From assembly GCA_977030845.1 (NCBI GenBank), contig OZ365110.1:44392001-44456000 (forward strand): 64,000 nucleotides of DNA, in the 5' to 3' direction. Every line of letters starts with the position of its first letter. Positions within the stretch are counted from its first letter, which is position 1. The notes below the pieces were generated by a model. The model did not search any database. It had not been told where the DNA came from and worked only from the letters and a program-made list of their open reading frames with translations. The stretch comes from Fimbriosthenelais zetlandica (taxonomy: Eukaryota). A program made the position numbers and the translations under genes. This document shows positions 12,565 through 24,099 of this stretch, in pieces.

Positions 12565-13410
12565 GTATTTAACTGAATGAATGTCTCATATGTGTAGCTA
12601 CTGAACCCAAGTTAACTGTGGATGTTCTGATTTGCTAAATTTTGCTAAATCATAAAATGTGCTAGTGGCACTGGTAGGCTACTCCGAGTACTCGTGGGTG
12701 GTTGACGTGTACCGGTACCTGGTAGTAGTAGTAGGCTACCGTAGACGTAGTCCGTAGGCGTAGCCGTATGCCTACCCATAGGCATAGAACTAGTCTTTTC
12801 TAGTTCTATGGCCTACCGTATCAGTGACCACACGGTTGTAGGGAGGACTGCACGGAGTGTGTATTTAGCCTATAGTCTATAGTATAGTCTATAGAGTATC
12901 TATACTATAGTATTATTAGTATACCTCTGTCCCGCTGGGTGGAGCCTGTGCTGTGGTCGTGTGGAGCCCTACTAGCCTAGGCCTATAGGCCTAGAAATAT
13001 CATGACAAAATTATTAATAGTAGGGCCTATATTGATTTTTAGGATCTAACGTTATAAACATTTTATTTTGCAATGCTATTAACATAAATTCTAGACCTTA
13101 TCTCATCAAAGTCATTGGATTTTTTTAACTTTTCCCAGAAGTAGGTTTGATTGAACTGGTAGAATTTTCTGTTCAAAATTAAACCGGTACTTATATTAGG
13201 TTTTTCTTAATACTAAAAGTCCCTTACCCGGTACCCAAAAACTCCACAACTTTCATGTTCATGATTATTCCTATAATAACCGTACTTTTTTTCTTTTCAG
13301 TTGGTAAGAGCAAGGACACTCCATTTTATACTCTACCAAAGAGTCTCTAAGTATTGTTTATAAGCTCTCTGACTCTACTATCCTCGGTAAGAGTCAGTAG
13401 GCCTATCAGG

Positions 13411-13695
13411 ATGTCCATCATCCACCAATCAGACACATGCTGGGTTATCGATCACGAGTCATTCTTGAACAACACTTACAGTTCTTGCCTAAATCATAGG
13501 CCTACAAATATCATACCTAAAGATGAAATATGTGATAGAGAAATTAGACAGTCATTTACAGTAAAAGAATCGTTGTTCGACATTTATGAACCATTCCTTA
13601 TGGATTCTAACTACCTGAAAAAAAAGCGTGATGAGGAAGAAAAAGAAAGGACTGATTCTAATGGAGAGAGTTGTGGACAACGGAGTAAGAAAAAG
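13411..13695 (+). CDS. METTL4: METTL4 coding exon 1 of 8
   Basis: MSIIHQSDTCWVIDHESFLN resembles the METTL4 N-terminus (MSVVHQLSAGWLLDH); acceptor ttttcag at 13300; donor AAG|gtatgc. Confidence 0.85.
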
Positions 13696-13824
13696 GTATG
13701 CAGCAGAGAATTAAGTTTTAATAAATAATAAATCAATTTTCATCTATTAAAAAACGGCAAGACCGTATAAGACTAATGTACGTTGATAGAAGGTGTCTTT
13801 TAAAAATATGTTTGCTTCTTTCAG

Positions 13825-13896
13825 CGGAAAACAGTTAAAGGAGGTCAAGGAGATTCAAGTGAAGAATTTAAAGCCTATTTATCCCGTCGATCTGAG
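13825..13896 (+). CDS. METTL4: METTL4 coding exon 2
   Basis: ttctttcag|RKTVKGGQGDSSEEFKAYLSRRSE|gtaggt, 72 nt, phase 0-0. Confidence 0.75.
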
Positions 13897-14079
13897 GTAG
13901 GTACTCTTTGCTTAGGCCTAAGCCACTCTTCAAACACATTATGCTTCTATACTGAGCCTATACTATACTATAATAGTCACTCAATGGTTGGGAAAATGTC
14001 CAGAAAATTAAAACAATTTTTACTTATATACAAGAACATATTCAGTCTCATCCCCTGCCTTTTCAAACTTTCTCTTCAG

Positions 14080-14296
14080 CTGGAAGGACGATTGGTGAGT
14101 CAATCGAAGGAAATTATTGAATTTTGTCAAGGGGAAGGATACTACAAAAAGAAAATGAATAGAAACCGATCAAATAACGCCGAGGCTAGAGAATGTGCCA
14201 GAGATATAGAACAGTGTGGACCACCGTTTCGGGATTGGTGCAGAATGGCAAGAGATTTTTCTGCTGATGGAACTGAATATGTCGATCTTAGTAAAG
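14080..14296 (+). CDS. METTL4: METTL4 coding exon 3
   Basis: tctcttcag|LEGRLVSQ...YVDLSK G|gtgaat; open frame, phase 0-1. Confidence 0.78.
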
Positions 14297-14468
14297 GTGA
14301 ATATCACAATTCAGTTTTTATTTTCTTTAGCTACACAACATATTTTTTAAGACATTAAACAAGCTTGCATTGGTTTTTTTTGCACATGTTTTTTTCTGTC
14401 ACGACTCGCTCGGAGCAGCTCTGTTCTGATGGAGTTGCTCGGTTCCTATATCATGGTTGCAATAAGAA

Positions 14469-14484
14469 CCACCAGATGGCGCCA
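14469..14484 (+). promoter_or_regulatory. CTCF-like motif CCACCAGATGGCGCCA in METTL4 intron 3
   Basis: Near-perfect match to the CTCF core consensus; motif match only. Confidence 0.45.
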
Positions 14485-17408
14485 CATAAGCCCACCTCCT
14501 CACCTAGGTTGATGGAGAGAAAGGAAATCTGGCTGCAAGACCACCATTTTGACACACTGCAGCAATGATGCTACCTTGGTAAATTTTGACTGAATAAATT
14601 ATTTTGAAAATCTATCATTCCAAAAATAATGATGCAGTAATCTTATCAACACACTCTCCTGGCTTAATAATTGTTCCACATAATAATCTATCCAAAATCT
14701 ATCCTATATAAAAATTCTCCTATTCCAAATTATGTAAGGAGAATACAATCCTAATAATTCGATTAATAAGGAATAATAGGACTACTCTCATATTCTTTTA
14801 ATCAGTGGATATAATAGGCATAGATTTACCCAACTGAAATTTCATCCGACATATGAATAGGCCTGATAAGAGAACTAGAAGTTACATATATTATCCCTGG
14901 GGAGTGACAAGTCATATGAGGCAGCCCCGGGGAGAATAGCGGGCCGGGTATTGAATTATTCAGAGGATGAAGTGAAGGATCCTAGAATAAAACTGAGAGC
15001 CCTTCTCACATGTTTGAACGTATAAGCGGAAAGTAAACTGAGAGACAAAGTGTCCTTCGTCCCTTATGAAAGACAGTATTGGATTTTATCAAAGTGTATA
15101 TTGTACATATACATGTATACCTCATATATGCAAGGAAAATCCCCCACCAAGCTAAGCAGATTATTTTGTGGTCAAAAAAGCTGCTAGCATTTCTTGTCCT
15201 CAACTCAGTTCGCATATTTGTCTCATACATGCATATATGCTAAATAATGTCATCTCTTATTAATTGTTCATAATGTATTGTTTAGTTTTGTTCACAATAT
15301 GTTCTTTATGTTCATATTCCTTCGTTCAAAATGGAAATGTGCTTTATTGTAATATATGTATACATCCGTAATACAGACCATCATGTTTGGAAATACATAA
15401 TGGAAATACCTATAATTTTCGAACTGCATTATGGCTGAATGAGATGTGGGTGATGATTTGGTGAGAGGCGAGAGAGAGGACAGGCCTGTGAAAAGATGGC
15501 GGGACATTAAACATGTGGTTGTTAGTGGTTTTAGCGATCGATTCCCACCGAACACAATGCCATTAGCATCCTTGTATCAATCGATACATATGGTCATCAA
15601 TTATTAATCGGTTTCATCGTTTGTAAGCCTGTCACCCGGCCAACCAGAGCGTGTCCAATACACCCTTGTGGCATATGCATATTTTACTCTGAGCGTTTGT
15701 AAGCGGTGCATATTAGATGTCCGAACAGGTAGGTAGAAGATGGAGTGTCCATGTCCATGTCCGTGTATAGGCTTACATTTGCCAGGGCAATAGAATCCAA
15801 CTATTGTTCATTCCATATTGTTATGGCCATTGCAAACAATGCCCCTATGCGGGTTGGTATCATGTAACTGCTCCAAATTGTTCCCGCCATCATTGTTACA
15901 TTATATTCACGCAATATCCATCAATTGGGGGTATTGCTTTCGCAAATTGCTTTCACAGAATTTGGGTTAAATTCTAACGGATTGAGCGAATGTATGGAAT
16001 ACGTCCATATCATGCAGGTCATCATACTATATATATAGCTAGCTAGTCTCACTTCTCGCGGAGAACGTGTCTGCAAATACTTTTCTAAACTAATTAAGGC
16101 AATTCTTATTTTATTCTATCACATACTCGATTGATTTGATTGAAAAAATTATATTGCGTCATTCAAAACTTTCCTATTCTGTATCCAATTCTGTGAATCA
16201 CTTCAAATCAATAGTGTCTACCATTCCTCTGGGAGGAGGGGACTGCGACATAGATTTAATGGTCGATAGAGAGACGTGTTCGTACAGGTGAGAGTGAACA
16301 AATTCACAATCGATATGTGACGGGGCACCTGTACAAACAATCGCCTTAATAAAACTCCCTCATATGAAGCCAAATCACCCACCACCACTCCCTCAACTTA
16401 CCCCCCGTCCCCTATACATGTACTGGCCGCCCTGGCAACTATAGGACCCTGTATATAAGCCCTATGTCAATGTCATATTGCACGAAGCAAACAAATGGAT
16501 GTTAGCTTAGCTTTTGTAAACCCTGTGTAATTTTTTCTTGAAGTCCACATTTTATGCCAAGTCGGTCACATACCCTAGCGTTAGTATCGTAAATACATTT
16601 TTTTCCGCATTTAGTACTTTCTTTCCCTTTTAAGGAAAAAGAACGGTCTTGAAATGAGATGAAATATGTGAAAGTTAAGAACGTTAGTCATTGCTATGAG
16701 ATTTTATTTAAGACACATAATCAATTAATGAGTCTAACGTAAATTTCATACATATGACGTAGTCTAAGACACAGTACCAGTGCATTCTTTTTGCGTATTG
16801 TCATAATGTCTTTTAGGCATCGTGTAGAGAAACCATGGCCTTTCATATACATATATGTGCTATAGGCGGGACCTATTGATATAAAGCTTTGATCATATAT
16901 AGCTCTGACATATTTGCTGTTCGTGAACAGTGGAATTACGCAAGTATTCTGTTACCAGCGATATTTCATGAATATGATCTTCTCCCGCTTTCTGAAGTCA
17001 TTTCCTTTTCTTTTTCTATTTAATAGCCGCCATATTCTAGTAGGTCTATTAGACATAATATCCTGAATTTGTATTCTCTATGAGAATGTCCTATCTTTCT
17101 GGAACAAACCTAGGGTTAAGGAAATTTTCCTATGTTAATGGAAATGGGTAGATGACAAAACCGACTATATAATGCAATGTCGTGTTCCCATGCAACCATT
17201 GCCCGAACCATTGGGAGAATCTTTTGTGGTTTAAACATTGAGAAGATTGCCCAAGTGACCTAGAGCTCTATCCTTCCTCCATTACTGGCATTAGTGATCA
17301 GGCAATATAGTATGTCATATGTGTACATGTATGTTCATGGATGTGCCTTGAAGAAGTAAATATCATTGTGGTTGGTTTTAATGGTGTTTATATTTGTCTT
17401 TTTTTCAG

Positions 17409-17567
17409 ATTATGTCGGTAGAAATGTACCCTCAGTGATCAACACATTCATGGGTAACTCCTCCCCTCATACCATAGTGAGGGAGCTGCTCGGGGAGCAG
17501 TACCTCCTCCCCCCACACTCCACCTTCCTCATGTCAGATATATCTACCTTACAAAACCTCCTGGCCG
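17409..17567 (+). CDS. METTL4: METTL4 coding exon 4
   Basis: ttttttcag|(D)YVGR...QYLLPPHSTFLMSDISTLQNLLA G|gtgagt; matches the METTL4 YLLPPKSSFLLSDI motif. Confidence 0.9.
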
Positions 17568-20002
17568 GTGAGTTTCCTTATTAAAATTTGATCCTGTTTC
17601 CCAACAAATAATTTCTATTCATCTTGCACTGGTAAAAATCCACTGGTCACAAAGCGTTTAAGTACTGTCCGATGAGTTCGAGAAAAAATCATTTTAAGGA
17701 AGCCTTCGCCGGAGAGCGTCTCTGAGGTTAAAATACAGGCGAGGTCAGATTTCCAGGGCCTCAATCCATTCTGAATTTAATGATGGTTTTCTATTGGTCT
17801 TGACTTTTGTGCATTTTAATCTCATATTGCAACGCGAGATGGATTTCATGAAAGCGCTCAAAATGAGGCAGGTTGTGCAGGCAATCTTATCTGGACCGTT
17901 TATTCATAATGTGGAGGGTTTGCCAGTTATTGCTTGTATACACTATAGTAATTATCAAGTGTCAAGTATAGATGCATAATGTGTTTGAAGAGTGGGTTAA
18001 TATTTGCTGGGTAAATACACAAGAGCGATGAGACAAATAAAAGGAGATTAATGTAGGACGTAATAATTCAAAGTTAACTGAATATTATACCATACGCCGC
18101 ATAGTACCATAGGCCTAAATGTACCATATACAATATAGGTGAATATGCACTAAAACTTCAACATTCTTGGTTAAAATATTATCCTTGTTCAAATAGAAAC
18201 TCGGCTCATCTTCGAGAGTAACTTTCTTTTCATCTGCCAGATAAAAATGATCAGGATTTTTCAATACACGAACTCCATCGCTTAAATCCATAAGAAATTG
18301 CGCCAAAATTGTATCACTATTTTATTGCCTTTTTACAGCGAAATTGCTCGAGCCTTTCATCTCTCTCCTAATTTTCTTTTCATTCTTAAGAGATACTGAG
18401 TTTTCCATTTTGTGCTGCTGTGCCAGACAAGGCTTTTCATGCTGATGGAAGGCTGTGTGCAAACAGCCGTCCATGGTACTGACGATTATTTTGCCCTATA
18501 CAACACTGTCATATCATTTCCTATGATTTCCCTGTTGTGCTTCATTGTGCGTCACAGACAACAGTTATAAATACCAAACATTCATTTCTCTCGACACTTT
18601 ATACACCGATCCCGAACAGGAGAGCATGTCTGCCTCTAATTGCTTTGTGTTCCTCTCTGTATTGATGCTCGGATATGAAGCAAAAAAACCCGCGAGATTA
18701 AATTAATACAACAATGTTGACTATTCATCTCTTGTAAATATACTCAGTCCCCATGTCGTTATGCATTAGAGAATACAGTACTGAATATGCATAAAACATG
18801 AAGAAATTTACAAAATAATATTAATCTCTGGAAAAATTTACCTCGATTAATGTTATACACATATATGAGAGATAATATATTTCTTAAATTCTCAATAATG
18901 TTGCCTTTCCATCATTGTCGCTAATGGTAGTGTATCTATGAGCACTGTCCAGGTGAAACATTTTACTGATTTGTATCACTTTAATGCCCCTTTTATTGAT
19001 ATTTCGGGCTTTGTGTGTTTTATGCACAATGAGAGAATTGCTGCAAATTGTCCAGGCCAGATAGAATCCACAAAACTGGAAAAAGGCGCGTTTCAGTCAT
19101 CAGAATAATGGTAGCGACCGGTTAGGCCTTTACTCTCTTGCTCTTATTTATCAGCCTTCCCAATCAGCATGGAATGCCCATCTCCCCAATTGAATCTCAT
19201 TCAATATTTCTGCATTAATTTCTCATAAAGGCTCCAGGTTTGCATGCCTGTAACATTTCAGTTGTTGCTAGCTACATTTGCATGGGGAACAATGTGCTGG
19301 GCTATGGCATTGACTCGCATCACTCCAGCGCAGAAATGTTTATGAATGTGGCATCATTTGTAGTCAATTGTCCTTATGTTGAACTGGCTCCAATTCAAAT
19401 GAAAACCCAACTTATAAAAGTACATTTAACTCCTCCGAACCCAACCAACCCCGATCCGAAAGTTGGACTATATACCTGTCATAACTATAGAACTAATTCT
19501 ATGTCCACAGCAAGTGTAATATAGACACAAAAGAGGGCTTAAGTTAGTGTCATAAAGGGCCAGTCCCTTTCTGGACCATTTTTCACCCCTACAGTCAATT
19601 AGGTATAGAAACCCTAACAAGGGAACTAACAATCTAGCCTCCCAATACATAGAAGTGAACTCAATATCTGACTATTACCATAACACTTATTATCACTAGA
19701 TATTGGTATCAAAGGGTTTGGTTCTCACACATAGTGGGGTACGTCCTATAGAGTTAATGAGGGCTGGAGACTGCATGACCATGAATGCACTTATGCAACC
19801 CAGTATATAGGACACACAAGTGGTCTATATATATAACAATGCATTTGATATTTGCGAAACAATGTGAGCTTCATTGAGTGGACCTCGTGCAACAGCTCAT
19901 TAGTGCGATGGTTTGATTGCAAAGGTTATACTCCATTTCTCAAATTAAACTATATCGTCATATAGCCTATGTCATGCCAGTTTCGATAATTTCAAAGGCC
20001 TG

Positions 20003-21102
20003 GGGTCCGTTGCACTGGTTTTTTACGATATCTTATCGTAATCGTATCGTATTTAGATCTGTTAAGATAAGATTGCGATACGAATTTTTTGCTGTTGCAC
20101 AGCATTTCTCGTAATCGTATCGTACAGCCTAAAGATACGATACGATTACGATCCAAACAATGTCTGAATTTGTATTTTAAATCTATAGCTGCGGATCAAT
20201 TGTGATGCAGTAAAAAGGAAAAATGAATGATTTACAGAACTGCCCGACCCCTTTAGTATTTTGATATATCAGAATGTGTTAAACATAATTTGCTTGTGTA
20301 TAACTTTCCATTCAGGCTACATACAAATTGAACGAGTTAAAAGGCATTTTCAGGCCACCTAAAACTACTTGTACTTTAGGGTACGCGTCTTCCCATATAT
20401 CAAGGTGGGAAAGTAGGCTATACATTAATATTTATTATAGAAAATTACATGGTCACATCTAAAGGATTCGTCCATTAAAAATCAGTCAGAAAAATAAAAG
20501 ATCAAGGTGGGTCCTTTTCTGAAGACATAGACCCATTATAGGCTAGTACATGTATATGCCTAAACTGACTATGACTAGCCTATACGATACTAAACTTTTA
20601 TATAAAAGTGATTTTCTTTTGATTTAGACTTTTAGAGGGATAGGTTGTACTCTTGCTTTGATGTTTATTCAGATCCTGTAGGCCCATTATATCAGCATTG
20701 AATCTTATTGTCATATTGTGGAAGATTATAAGGAAGGGAAAATTGCAAAGATATCCCAGTGAGGGCCTAAATACAATGTTTAATACCAAATACAATGATA
20801 GCAAATATACCCCATATATAAGGTAATTTATTTAGGTTTAATTATGCCTATAACGAAGGGCTAGGATTACTCCTCCACACACACATGCCTCCATAAGATA
20901 ACGATCTACCGTAGTTTAAGATACGATTACGATATAAGATACGATTACGATATTTGGTGCCTTAGATCACCTCGCAAAATTACCTATGATTTACGATACG
21001 AACAGTCCTTTTACGATACGATTTCTCTCTGTGCAACAGCAAGACGTTTACGAAAGATTTACGATGCGAATTTTGTTTTACGATTCGCTGTGCAACGGAC
21101 CC
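20003..21102. mobile_element. Non-autonomous Harbinger-like DNA transposon (1.1 kb) in METTL4 intron 4
   Basis: TIRs GGGTCCGTTGCAC ... GTGCAACGGACCC; CTG on both sides (20000-20002, 21103-21105), a CWG-type TSD; subterminal arrays of ACGAT/ATCGT near both ends. Confidence 0.78.
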
Positions 21103-21119
21103 CTGGAAACCCCACAATA

Positions 21120-22545
21120 TTTTTTTTTTTTTTTTATTAATCTATATTTAATCAGGAGGTAATACAAAAATTAACTAGTGTGGTCGGGTAAAAGCTCCCC
21201 GGTCTACCCCACACTTCCTGAGAAACCTGGCCGATGGCCTTCACATTACACTCCTAGCAAAAAAAGGAAAAAAAAAAAGTTAAGAACAAGTGATTATGAT
21301 AAAAACAGGAAAACAGTGTGCAGGATCAGAGTACAAAATTATAATTATATATGGTAGGGATAGGGAGATGATACAGATATTCCGACTACTTGGTGGCTTA
21401 ATTTGAAGGGTTTACTGATTTTAAGTGGGCCTTCAGATGTGATTTAAATATTTTGGAGTCAGTTAGGTTTCTTAGAGTGTTATTTAGCAAGTTCCACCTG
21501 TCCACTGCAGAATACAAAAGGGAATTTTGCAGCCTCCTACTAGGGGGGACAGGCAGTGTTATATATGGAGCAGTACATTGTCTTGTTATATGGCAGCTGT
21601 CTTTTATATAAGAGTCAATAATGGTTGAGTGGTAGACAAGCCAATGAGCTAACTTACTGAGAAGAAAATCCTTCCTGATCTGTAGGGGCATAATATCAGC
21701 ACTTTTATGCAAAACTTCAACACTCGTCTTAATATTAGACTGTAAGCAGATTCTTAAACCTCTGTTCTGATATCTACACAATTTCAGAAACAACTTCTGT
21801 GGACAGGCTGAATAACAATACAGGCTATAATCAATTATAGGGACAATATACGATTTGTACAGTTTGATTGCTGTACTTCTATCAATGAATTTCCTGATTT
21901 TACTCAGCATATATAATTTATCATTTACTCTCCCAATAGTACCGCAAATAGAGTTTGTGAAGCTTAATGTATTGTCCAAATCTAAGCCCAAATATTTAAA
22001 GGCAGATGAGAAATTGAGCACACAATCATTTAATTTCAAAACTGGTAGTGGAACTGGTAACCTTTTCAGGTCAATTGGACTGCCAAAAATCATAGCATCT
22101 GTTTTCTTAGTATTAATAGTTAGTCTGTTGCAAAGAGTCCAATCGTATAGGTGATCCAGGTCCGTTTGTACCATTTTGATTGTATCATCTAATTGTGGCC
22201 CAGCTCCCAATAACACAACATCATCAGCATATAATATAACTTTACAATATTCTAAAGCATGTGGTAAATCGTTAACAAACAGGCTGAACATAGTAGGGCC
22301 AAGGGTCGAGCCCTGGGGAACACCGTAACAAACTGGTTTAGTTGATGAGACAGTTTTCTGACCAATCTTGACACACTGGTGCCGATTAGACAGATAGTCA
22401 GTGAACCAATTTAGAGTATAACCTTCAGTACATACTTGTCCTAATTTTTTTTTTTAGTACAGAATGGGACACGCTATCAAATGCCTTACGAAAATCTATG
22501 AATATAGCAGTAGTAACATAGCGTTTAATTTGGTTGAGATTTATT
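21120..22545 (-). mobile_element. 5'-truncated non-LTR retrotransposon (CR1/L2-group) with RT domain, 3' UTR and poly(A) tail
   Basis: RT motifs FIDFRKAFDSV, WFTDYLSNRHQ, GVPQGSTLGP, YADD, FKYLG; frame open from about 22440 to the stop at 21398; poly(T)16 at 21120-21135; one +1 frameshift in an A11 run at about 22445-22455. Confidence 0.92.
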
Positions 22546-22756
22546 ATCTACTGTCATATAGTAGTATATATTACGTTGCATAAATTTGCTTATATTTCAG
22601 GTATACCATAGGTTTCATTTTCATGCGTAATATTAAATTCACTATGTATTTAGATGAAATGCCCTTTTCCTCGAAAGAGAATTATGTTCTAACGTAATAT
22701 ATACGGCCTGAGTAGGAAATGGGAGCCTGAGAAGAAACTTCTATATATAATTGCAG

Positions 22757-22823
22757 GAATGGAATATGACGTCATCGTAATGGACCCACCATGGACAAAT
22801 AAGTCAGTGCGGAGAAAGAAAAT
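22757..22823 (+). CDS. METTL4: METTL4 coding exon 5 with catalytic DPPW motif
   Basis: ttgcag|(G)MEYDVIVMDPPWTNKSVRRKK AT|gtaaga; DPPW at 22783-22794 (MT-A70 motif IV). Confidence 0.93.
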
Positions 22824-22966
22824 GTAAGAGACGAGCACATTAACGCTACAGAATTATATTCTCAGAGCTTAGTATTTTCTATGCGAAGTTGTTTAAAGCA
22901 CTTTGCTTTTCTTCACGAAGACTGTTTTGTTATGGCAGTATTTTCAGTCAACTCTTTTTACTTTAG

Positions 22967-23135
22967 GTATGAGGAGATGGAAGTGGAGAAACTACTTCAG
23001 ATACCTCCTGTGCTGGTCGCGGGTGGGATTCTTGTCGTGTGGACGACTAACAAATTAATTCATCAGGAGTTTATCCTCCAGAAACTGTTCCCCCGCTGGG
23101 GCGCCAAGCATGTGGCCACCTGGCATTGGCTAAAG
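22967..23135 (+). CDS. METTL4: METTL4 coding exon 6
   Basis: ctttag|(M)YEEM...GILVVWTTNK...LFPRWGAKHVATWHWLK|gtatat; MT-A70 VVWVTN and W-W-K motifs. Confidence 0.92.
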
Positions 23136-23364
23136 GTATATTCTAGATCTCCTATACCATTGCTTGAATATAATTTACAATTAATTAGGCTTTTTATAAC
23201 TATTTAGCAGTATAAATGCATTGAAAGTTAGTCTACTAAAGTTAGCAGCACAATGTATCCATCTTAATACTAATACTGATATCTGTTACTGATGAATTCG
23301 AACATTAACGTACATAGATACTGGGCAACCAAATATATGCATTTAATTGGATTTCTCTTCTTAG

Positions 23365-23755
23365 GTTACCAAGCTGGGAGAATACATTACGGATATGACT
23401 GATATTCATGGTAAACGCCCTTATGAGACTATACTCATCGGTCAAGTTGATCCCACAGACAATGCGACACGTGAGAGCGTGAAGCGGGACCCCGATCCTC
23501 ACTCACTGATTAGTGGAGAAAATATAGCGGTGGAGGTGCAAGGTGACGGAAGCCTAACACCTAGCTCAACTGTACCTGTCCACCCAGGGACAGGGGCGAG
23601 TGGGGATACCTGTCCTGTACATGTCCAGTCAGAGACAGGTGTCATTCAGGGGTGTTGTAATAGAGATGTGAAGAGTCCAGTGACTGCTCTCCCTGACCAA
23701 AGGATCGTCATCAGCGTCCCAAGTAGCCTTCATTCCTCCAAACCACCACTTTGTG
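23365..23755 (+). CDS. METTL4: METTL4 coding exon 7
   Basis: cttcttag|VTKLGE...KRPYETILIG...IVISVPSSLHSSKPPLC G|gtaggt; KxPYE and HSxKP motifs. Confidence 0.9.
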
Positions 23756-23938
23756 GTAGGTGTCATATTGAAACCCTTATTTGAGGCTCGTAGGGCTTTA
23801 AATCTTGTATTAAAGTATGTGAAAAATATAGTATTTGAATGAACCGTCGAACCTTGTATCCGAAAATAATGATTATAGTTCCTACATGAATAGATATCTC
23901 GGTTTATGTTATAGATTTATTCCCTGTATTATTTTCAG

Positions 23939-24099
23939 ATTTGTTACGGCCGCATTTACCGGATTCACCTCGTTGTCTTGAACTCTTTGCTAGGAATCTT
24001 CTTCCGAACTGGACCAGCTGGGGGAATGAAGCACTAAAATTCCAGAATATCAATTGTTTCCAACAAATAAATGATAGTTCAAATGAACTCTTATCCTGA
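23939..24099 (+). CDS. METTL4: METTL4 coding exon 8 (last)
   Basis: attttcag|(D)LLRPHLPDSPRCLELFARNLLPNWTSWGNEALKFQ...TGA; LELFARNL and WGNE motifs. Total CDS 1521 nt = 506 aa plus stop; AATAAA at 24183-24188. Confidence 0.92.

Noticed and set aside
17626-18340. CACTG-type (CMC) transposon ends
   Set aside because: The putative TIRs CACTGGTAAAAA and TTTTTACAGCG match imperfectly, and no TSD is found.
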